DNA from: a virus
Taxonomy: Duplodnaviria > Caudoviricetes
IMG/VR virus record: IMGVR_UViG_3300034150_000068
Location: 1-30,677 of that record
DNA length: 30,677 nt
Direction: 5' to 3' (one strand)
Part shown: piece by piece, positions 9,444 to 15,398 of the stretch
Layout of the letters: each line of letters begins with the position of its first letter
Numbering within the stretch: the stretch's first letter is position 1
Translations under genes and position numbers: made by a program
Notes under the pieces: model-generated
What the model was told of the DNA's origin: nothing
Database searches by the model: none
What the model saw: only the letters and a program-made list of their open reading frames with translations

Positions 9444-10735
9444 AAGACACAACGGACATAACCGCGTGCGTGGTCGACCGGGGCACTTTCTGGCCCGTGG
9501 CAGAGCGCCTCGCTCGCGGGTTCAAAAAGGTCTATTACCACAAGCCCAATGGTGAGGACTCCGAAACCTTCGCGCAGGCAATCCGCGGCGACGGGCATCC
9601 CTCCGTTGAATATCTGTCCGATTTCTGGCCGTACAAAAAAGAGATCGATCTGTTTGTGTTTCCTGATTGCGTCGACGGCGGGCTGCAGATTGAGCTCGAA
9701 TCTCAGGGCTTTCCAGTTTGGGGCAGCAAAGGCGCTGGCGGGATTGAGCGGATGCGCGGCCAATGGATGAAGGTATGCCAGGAGTTTGGGTTTCCGATGC
9801 CCAAGACTCACATCGTTAACGGGCTGAGCGCGCTCGAGGTTTTCCTCATGGACAATAAGGGCCCGTTCTTCGTGAAGATCAGCCGGTACCGCGGCGACAT
9901 GGAGACGTGGAAATCAGGGGATCCGGTGAGCACGTCCAACTATCTAGATTTGCTCCGGATCAAGTTTGGTCCGTTCAAAGAAAACATCCGTTTTTATGTC
10001 CAAGAGCCCGTTGATACCGAGATTGAAGCCGGAGCCGATTCGTACTTCTGTGCCGGGCAGTGGCCTTCGAAGATTGTTTTGGGCTATGAGAAAAAGGGCC
10101 AGGGCTACTTTTCGACTTGGCGGGAAAAAGCGAAGATGCCGGAGGAGATCTGGAAACCATCGGAGAAGATCACCTCGCTCCTTGCTGAGGCGGATTATTG
10201 CAACTTTGTTTCGAGCGAGGTAAGAGTCGCCGACGGGAAATCTTACTTTCTGGATCCGTGCTTACGCTTCCCTTCCCCAGCCAGCGAGGAACAGATCGAG
10301 CTCTACGCAAATCTTCCGGATATCATTTGGCGCGGAGCTAACCGGGAATTTGTTGAGCCGCAGATGAGCGCCAAGTTTTGTGGCGGCGCGATCATTTCCT
10401 TTACCGGCCAGCGCGACGCCTGGAAGTCGATCAAGGTGCCGGAGGAGGTAAAGGACAAGGTAAAGCTCTACTCCTGTGGCTACCTCGATGGCTACTGCCA
10501 CCTGCCACCAAAACAGGAGCCGGAGTGCATCGGCTGGGCCATTTCGGCAGCCAACACTCCTTCAGCCGTGCTTGACGGGCTCAACGAAATTCAAGAGGCT
10601 CTAGCCGATGCGCCAGTTGAGCTCCATATCACGCACCTTGCCGATCTCTTTTCTGAAATTGCCTCCGCGGAGGATGAAGGGATCGCTTTTACCGATCAGG
10701 AAATGCCGGAGCCAGCGGCCGTAATTGATACATGA
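9440..10735 (+). CDS. ATP-grasp fold ligase (distantly PurD-like)
   Basis: Motifs GFPVWGS..A..IE..R, FGFPMPKT, PFFVKISRYRG, FYVQEPV..EIE and YFLDPCLRFPSP, following the PurD-like ATP-grasp pattern. Confidence 0.75.
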   Translation: MKDTTDITACVVDRGTFWPVAERLARGFKKVYYHKPNGEDSETFAQAIRGDGHPSVEYLSDFWPYKKEIDLFVFPDCVDGGLQIELESQGFPVWGSKGAGGIERMRGQWMKVCQEFGFPMPKTHIVNGLSALEVFLMDNKGPFFVKISRYRGDMETWKSGDPVSTSNYLDLLRIKFGPFKENIRFYVQEPVDTEIEAGADSYFCAGQWPSKIVLGYEKKGQGYFSTWREKAKMPEEIWKPSEKITSLLAEADYCNFVSSEVRVADGKSYFLDPCLRFPSPASEEQIELYANLPDIIWRGANREFVEPQMSAKFCGGAIISFTGQRDAWKSIKVPEEVKDKVKLYSCGYLDGYCHLPPKQEPECIGWAISAANTPSAVLDGLNEIQEALADAPVELHITHLADLFSEIASAEDEGIAFTDQEMPEPAAVIDT

Positions 10736-10947
10736 ACCCTGAAGGACTTCCCGATCTGCCTCATTATCCGCTCTTAAATCATCCCAGCGTAGAAAGAGAC
10801 GGCGCCTTTTCAAAACCTGGGACTATCGGGAAAGGCGGCAAATGGGCTCCGGCCAAAGGCACCCGATTTCGCAGCACGGCGGAGAAAGCTGGCCCTGGCA
10901 GGCCGCGCAAGAAACTCAGAGATCCGAGAAACGTAAAATTCTACTGA
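10732..10947 (+). CDS. Small basic hypothetical protein
   Basis: ATGA overlap with the previous gene. K/R/G/P-rich, 71 aa. Confidence 0.6.
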   Translation: MNPEGLPDLPHYPLLNHPSVERDGAFSKPGTIGKGGKWAPAKGTRFRSTAEKAGPGRPRKKLRDPRNVKFY

Positions 10948-10948
10948 T

Positions 10949-11224
10949 ATGCCTCGAACCGCTCTTGAAGCTTTCCGAACCGGTCCCCACCGTGAGCCTT
11001 TCCAGAGGATCGCTGAGTCAGCCAGCTTCGATTCTGCTTGTGAATACGCTCTGCTCGCCTTTGTGGAACAGGCGCCGGACGCGACCGGGGATCCCAACAT
11101 GCTTTGGGCAACTCACTCCCAAACTGTAGGTGCTCGCCGCGTGCTCGAAATCCTCCGCACAATTCATTTGCTCGAAGAACCTAAGAAAACGCTTCGCACT
11201 CCAAATCTGAAACCCCCATCGTAA
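10949..11224 (+). CDS. Small hypothetical head-module protein
   Basis: Tightly packed ORF. Its position before the scaffold and the G.R.V...L motif resemble small conserved podovirus genes. Confidence 0.65.
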   Translation: MPRTALEAFRTGPHREPFQRIAESASFDSACEYALLAFVEQAPDATGDPNMLWATHSQTVGARRVLEILRTIHLLEEPKKTLRTPNLKPPS

Positions 11225-11228
11225 AATT

Positions 11229-12575
11229 ATGGCTGTAAACGCTCCCGCGGCTCCGGCCGCTCCCGCTAAAGCTGTAGTCGCTCCCAAAGCGGCTCCAGCG
11301 CCCAAGCCTGCAGCGGCCGCTCCTGCCCCTGCAACTCCAGTTAAACCCGCTCCCAAGCCAGCGCCTAAGCCGGATGCGCCAGGGCGACCGGTAATTCAGC
11401 AAAAGCACGAAGCGGATACCGAGTGGCTTAATACCGTTGGCAAAGAGCTTGAGGACTTGGATGCAGTCGGCAAAGTGGTCCGCCCTGCGCCAAAGCCCAA
11501 GGATAAGCCCAAGCCGGACGCTTCGGACGCTTCGGACGCACCCGACGAAACCGATCCGACCCAAACAGAGACAGCTCCGGCCGCTCCGGATCTAGTCGAT
11601 CCAAAACCTGCCGATGAGCCGGACCTGCGCACCAATGCCGGCTTACGCAAAGCTTTCGATCGCGCTCAACTCCGTATCAAAGACGATCTCGAACCCGAAC
11701 TCACCAAGGCACGCACGCGCATTAAAGAGCTCGAGAGCCGGGAGCCGGAAGAGGTAACGCCGCTCCGAGAAAAGCTCACCGCGATCGAGAAGCGCAATCA
11801 GGCGCTCGAGCAGGAGATTGAGTACGTCAACTTTTCATCGAGCGAGAAATTTCAAAAGGATTACGCTGAGCCCTACCTCAAAGCCTGGAATAAAGCCCTT
11901 AATGACGTCCAGCAGTTGCAGGTTGAAACCGAAAACGGCGAGATGCGTCCAGCCAATGAAGACGATCTGCTCTACATTTCGAGGCTTAATCTAGGCGAGG
12001 CGATCAAGCAGGCCGATGCCATGTTTGGCCGCGGCGCCACGACAATCCTCCGGCATCGCGAGCTCATTCGGGAACTGGCGGAGGCGCAGGATTCCGCACT
12101 CAGGACTGCCAAAGAGAAAGCCTCCGAACGTATCAAGGAACAGCAGACGCAATCACAACAGCAATCGGAGAAAATGCGAAAGCTGTGGGCACAGACAAAC
12201 CAAGCGCTAACCGAGAAGTACAAAAACTGGTTTGCGCCTGAGGAAGGGGATGCAGATGGCAACGATCTGCTCACCAAAGGCCGGCAACTGGCCGATCGGA
12301 TGTTCTCCCCAACGGAAGAGACGCGCCCTAAAACGCCGGAGGAGGCAGTCAGATTGCACGCGCTCATTTACAACAAAGCGGCCAATCACGATCGCCTCGC
12401 GCTCCGGCTCAAGAAAGCCAGCGCTCGAGTTAAAGAACTCGAGGAGTCCTTAAAGCAATACGAGGACAGCGAGCCGCACGGCGGGCGCCCTGGTTCTGGC
12501 CGCGCTGCAGGCGCTCCTGGCATCGGCGATTACGAGTCGGAAATTGACGCGCTCTCCGCCAAAGGTCCGCGGTGA
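11229..12575 (+). CDS. Capsid scaffolding protein (putative)
   Basis: P/A/K-rich then acidic disordered N-terminus, long E/K/Q coiled coils, position between portal and capsid. Confidence 0.7.
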   Translation: MAVNAPAAPAAPAKAVVAPKAAPAPKPAAAAPAPATPVKPAPKPAPKPDAPGRPVIQQKHEADTEWLNTVGKELEDLDAVGKVVRPAPKPKDKPKPDASDASDAPDETDPTQTETAPAAPDLVDPKPADEPDLRTNAGLRKAFDRAQLRIKDDLEPELTKARTRIKELESREPEEVTPLREKLTAIEKRNQALEQEIEYVNFSSSEKFQKDYAEPYLKAWNKALNDVQQLQVETENGEMRPANEDDLLYISRLNLGEAIKQADAMFGRGATTILRHRELIRELAEAQDSALRTAKEKASERIKEQQTQSQQQSEKMRKLWAQTNQALTEKYKNWFAPEEGDADGNDLLTKGRQLADRMFSPTEETRPKTPEEAVRLHALIYNKAANHDRLALRLKKASARVKELEESLKQYEDSEPHGGRPGSGRAAGAPGIGDYESEIDALSAKGPR

Positions 12576-12808
12576 AATACAAAAACCTCTCAGCCGCGCA
12601 GCTTGCCAAGCTGATTAAACGCCGCCCCATGAAAGACGGCAGCGCCGCTCATGTTTGGGCGGAGCGCATCGAATCTGAGAAACAGCGTTGCGCGCTGCCA
12701 AAGAAAACTCAGCGAAAACTAGGCCTACTCCCTCCCGTCAATGGAAACTCAAAGAACCATCCGGCCGCTCCGCGGTCAGTGCCTGTTACTCCTGTTGCCT
12801 CGCATTAA
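12572..12808 (+). CDS. Small basic hypothetical protein
   Basis: GTGA overlap with the scaffold stop. The 3' end overlaps groES by 68 nt. Confidence 0.5.
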   Translation: MKYKNLSAAQLAKLIKRRPMKDGSAAHVWAERIESEKQRCALPKKTQRKLGLLPPVNGNSKNHPAAPRSVPVTPVASH

Positions 12809-13067
12809 AGAAACTCAATCTGGCATTGCGTTACCCGATATTTCCTTCGATAGAGCCAAAGGGGAAAAAGAGCGGCCAGCGACGGCGAGAGTTATCAGTG
12901 TCGGACCATGGAAAAAGGCGAAAAACGGTCTTAGCCTCTTGCCGGAAATTAAGCCAGGGGATGAAGTCTTGATCGGCTTCTACTCAGGACAAAAACTTGA
13001 TTTCGACGTTAGCGGGAAATTGCGACTGGTTAAAACTGATGAAGTGTTGGCGATAGTCCAGAATTGA
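12741..13067 (+). CDS. groES: GroES/Cpn10-like co-chaperonin
   Basis: IRPLRGQCLL...KETQSGIALPD...ARVISVGP...IKPGDEVL...YSG...LVKTDEVLAIV reproduces the GroES pattern, including the mobile loop. Confidence 0.92.
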   Translation: METQRTIRPLRGQCLLLLLPRIKETQSGIALPDISFDRAKGEKERPATARVISVGPWKKAKNGLSLLPEIKPGDEVLIGFYSGQKLDFDVSGKLRLVKTDEVLAIVQN

Positions 13068-13305
13068 TCTGAACTACCGCTAACCTCTGGCACTGCGCAC
13101 CCATCCGTAGACTACCTTTGGCAACCATAGGCTGCCCCGCTCAGCCAAACCGATCCCTTCCATACCATTCCCGATCGGACAAAACCTACACCGGACACAG
13201 CCTGACCGGAACACAGCCCACCATACCAAACCATATCGCACCAGAGCCGAACCCGCCTAACCCTTCCACTCAACTGTCGACGCTACCTTAGCAAACCTTG
13301 CCATG

Positions 13306-13326
13306 CCGGCCTTACGGCCCGTTCCA
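13306..13326 (-). repeat. 21-bp direct repeat with GGCC-GUAA-GGCC hairpin (distal copy)
   Basis: CCGGCCTTACGGCCCGTTCCA is identical to 13472-13492. The minus strand reads TGGAACG-GGCC-GTAA-GGCC-GG. Confidence 0.95.
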
Positions 13327-13471
13327 TACCCGAGAGAACCAAGGCTCAGACCACCGCGCCTCAGCGCACCCCGACCCGATCTCAGCAAGCCTCAATCCGC
13401 ACCCGTCATTACCATACCCGAGCTAACCCGACACTGGAGAGCCGAACCGTGACAAACCGCACCATACCGAA

Positions 13472-13492
13472 CCGGCCTTACGGCCCGTTCCA
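13472..13492 (-). repeat. 21-bp direct repeat with GGCC-GUAA-GGCC hairpin (proximal copy)
   Basis: Identical to 13306-13326, with a period of 166 nt. Confidence 0.95.
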
Positions 13493-13624
13493 CTCCGTGC
13501 CAAACCTTGCCTCACACAAGCTCACCACTGCCGACCATACCTTGCCTAATCTCGCCTCACCTATCACAACCAGACCGTGACCTACCTCGCACAGCCTGCC
13601 CCCTGATCGCCGCACCGAAATAGA

Positions 13625-14257
13625 TCAGTCATCAAGTAGATCAAACTTGATCACGTTGAACCGTCCAAAGCTGGGGCGAAAATCAGCCATTCCGATAATC
13701 CTCCCGCCTTGCTGGATGAGCGCGTTAAGCTTCTGAGGTGCCAAGTACTCAGGCAGGTTCACCATTAAAATAAATCCCGCCTTCCATCCTGGCTTAAGCG
13801 CCGGTCTGGTTCGAGTGATCGCGTTCCTCTGGATCACAACCCTGCGCATATCCAAATAATCCGGCTCGGCCAAACCTGTGTCTGCGAGCTCCGTTAGGCT
13901 CACAAGCGCCGCCTTCATGAGATCCATCATGGACTTGCGAGGCGAGCGGGGATCCTGCTCGTACTTCGCTGCGTGGATCACGGTTTGCCTGAGGTACTCG
14001 CCAGGAATACAGATGTGCCCCTTTTCATTTCTCCAGAGGAAACTCTCGATATCATCGGTTTTCTTCTCCGCGCTGCCTTTTTTGGCTTTAGCTTTTGCGG
14101 CAACAGACTCGTTATTCCAACGATGGAAGAGCAGAGGGCACGTGCCTTCAATTTCGACCAAAACCCGATAGGGCTTTTGCAGTGACAGGATTTCCTCTGC
14201 TCCGTTAGTTGGGGACTCTCCGCCAATTTCCGTGATCTTTTGTGGTGATTTACTCAT
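13625..14257 (-). CDS. Stand-alone RAMP/Cas7-like RNA-binding protein
   Basis: First strand VLVEIEGTCPLLFH; ICIPGEYLRQTV (cf. the RAMP motif IPGSSLKG.L); thumb-like RRVVIQRNAITRTRP; C-terminal Gly-rich loop GGRIIGMADFRPSFGRFNV. Only convincing minus-strand gene in the window. Confidence 0.75.
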   Translation of the reverse strand: MSKSPQKITEIGGESPTNGAEEILSLQKPYRVLVEIEGTCPLLFHRWNNESVAAKAKAKKGSAEKKTDDIESFLWRNEKGHICIPGEYLRQTVIHAAKYEQDPRSPRKSMMDLMKAALVSLTELADTGLAEPDYLDMRRVVIQRNAITRTRPALKPGWKAGFILMVNLPEYLAPQKLNALIQQGGRIIGMADFRPSFGRFNVIKFDLLDD

Positions 14258-14455
14258 TGAACCTTACCGCACCTTAAGTGCAAAGCACCTGCTCACTGTG
14301 TTGTACCGCAGCGCTGGGAGCGCTGCCGACAGCAAACAGGTGCCAAATTTTGAGGTTTCTTTCATCCGGGTACAATCGGATTACGGACGCATGTTTATAT
14401 CCCCACAAACAGAACTGCAAGAAAAATAGCTCTTGACCCCCTCTGAGCTTCGAGA

Positions 14456-14724
14456 GTATTGCTACCCGCGATCAGTGAATTGCGCGGGCCCATATAGCGC
14501 ACGATCGAAGCAGGGGAGATAAAGAGCGGCCGTGCGAAGCGATCGTGATCGCTGTTGGCCCGTGGAAAAAGGCCAAAAATGGTTTTGCCATCCTCCCTGA
14601 TTTCCCTCCTGGCGCCAAAGTTTTGGTGTCCTTCTACGCCGGCACCAAGCTCACCCACTCGATCGGGGAGCGGCTCCGGCTCTGCTCCGTTAGTGACGTC
14701 CTGGCAGTAGTTGAAGAAAAATGA
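14456..14724 (+). pseudogene. groES: Decayed second groES copy (no start codon, probable frameshift near 14490)
   Basis: 14491-14724 translates HIAHDRSRGDKERPCEAIVIAVGPWKKAKNGFAILPDFPPGAKVLVSFYAGTKLTHSIGERLRLCSVSDVLAVVEEK*, which aligns to the 3' two-thirds of 12741..13067. In-frame TGA at 14476. VLLPAISE in another frame (14456-14479) resembles LLLPRIKE of the intact copy. Confidence 0.88.
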
Positions 14725-15209
14725 GCATTGAAACAAAGCACGCGTACCGTTTCGGATATCTTAAATCCGAACAGTGGCAAACCGTAAGGATCGCAGCGCT
14801 GGCGAGGGAAAAGGCAAAGTGCCAAATCTGCGGCCATGAGTCTGTTTTCAACGATGCTCATCACGTCTGGTACCCGCCGAATATATGGAGGACTACTGAA
14901 AAGCATCTTATTGTCCTCTGCCGGGAGTGCCACGACTTTATTCATATTGTCCGGCCGGAGTGCAAAACCAGAAATGAGAAGCAGGGGCTTCAAGAGTGGC
15001 AGGCGTTCAAATTGGCCGTAATTGCGTGGCGATATTCAAAGGGTCAGGTTTTCGAAAAAGCTGAAGGGCTGGGAGGCACCCGAAACATGAGGGAGGCGAT
15101 CGAGATGTACCGAAAGCGCTGCTCAGATCAGGAAAAGGAGATCGAAATCCTAAAGGCAGCGCTCTCAGAATATCGAATTTCTGTTGACACCAAGATTTTG
15201 AGGAGTTAA
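14721..15209 (+). CDS. HNH endonuclease family protein
   Basis: YLKSEQWQTVR..ALAR...CQICG...DAHHVWY...LIVLCRECHDFIH. ATGA-coupled to the stop of the groES remnant. Confidence 0.9.
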   Translation: MSIETKHAYRFGYLKSEQWQTVRIAALAREKAKCQICGHESVFNDAHHVWYPPNIWRTTEKHLIVLCRECHDFIHIVRPECKTRNEKQGLQEWQAFKLAVIAWRYSKGQVFEKAEGLGGTRNMREAIEMYRKRCSDQEKEIEILKAALSEYRISVDTKILRS

Positions 15210-15212
15210 AAG
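15184..15212 (+). promoter_or_regulatory. Putative sigma70-type promoter for the capsid gene
   Basis: TTGACA(15184)-17 nt-TAAAAG(15207), ahead of a 190-nt structured intergenic region. Confidence 0.5.
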
Positions 15213-15398
15213 CCAGCCAAGCACCGGGGCTCTAGGTGCATAAAAAAGTGATGCCAGGATCGACCGATCCAAGTCCGGCGCGACTCAGGACTCTAAAAAC
15301 GCAGCCGCTAAGCTCCCACCGGGAGTCACCCGCCTGATAGGACGGAGAGTTAAGCAAACGTCCGTTAACCTTTAACGTCCGATCAAAATTTTAGTTTT

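Larger units (their letters stand above)
13089..13618 (-). ncRNA. Pentamer-periodic (GGY-NN)n array, putative guide-RNA locus
   Basis: The + strand reads RCC-NN in fixed 5-nt phase over blocks 13089-13188, 13190-13309, 13323-13372, 13374-13393, 13396-13475 and 13489-13618. In the last block 15 of 26 pentamers begin with exact ACC/GCC. No ORF in the track. Begins 6 nt after the stop of the RAMP-like gene. Confidence 0.8.

Noticed and set aside
9440-10735. Assigning the gene symbol purD
   Set aside because: It lacks the N-terminal GSGGREH motif of true PurD; only the ATP-grasp core is similar.
11515-11539. 9-bp tandem repeat GGACGCTTC
   Set aside because: In-frame DAS-DAS-DAP expansion in the disordered scaffold linker; ordinary.
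11826-11837. Self-target of the proximal array block (GT.AA.TT.TC) in the scaffold gene
   Set aside because: Only four dinucleotides match before the pattern breaks, which is expected by chance in 30 kb. A full self-target search was not possible by eye.
13306-13492. Canonical CRISPR array
   Set aside because: Only two 21-bp repeats, separated by 145 nt that is itself pentamer-periodic, and no cas1/cas2/cas6. It does not fit repeat-spacer geometry.
13089-13618. Simple microsatellite or low-complexity coding sequence
   Set aside because: Positions 4-5 of each unit are highly diverse while positions 1-3 are constrained, which slippage would not produce. Period 5 is incompatible with codon structure, and no ORF of 60 aa or more is present.
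14232-14993. Track ORFs 14232..14429 (+), 14395..14736 (-) and 14634..14993 (-)
   Set aside because: They are shadows of the hairpin region, the groES remnant and the HNH gene, with no recognisable motifs.
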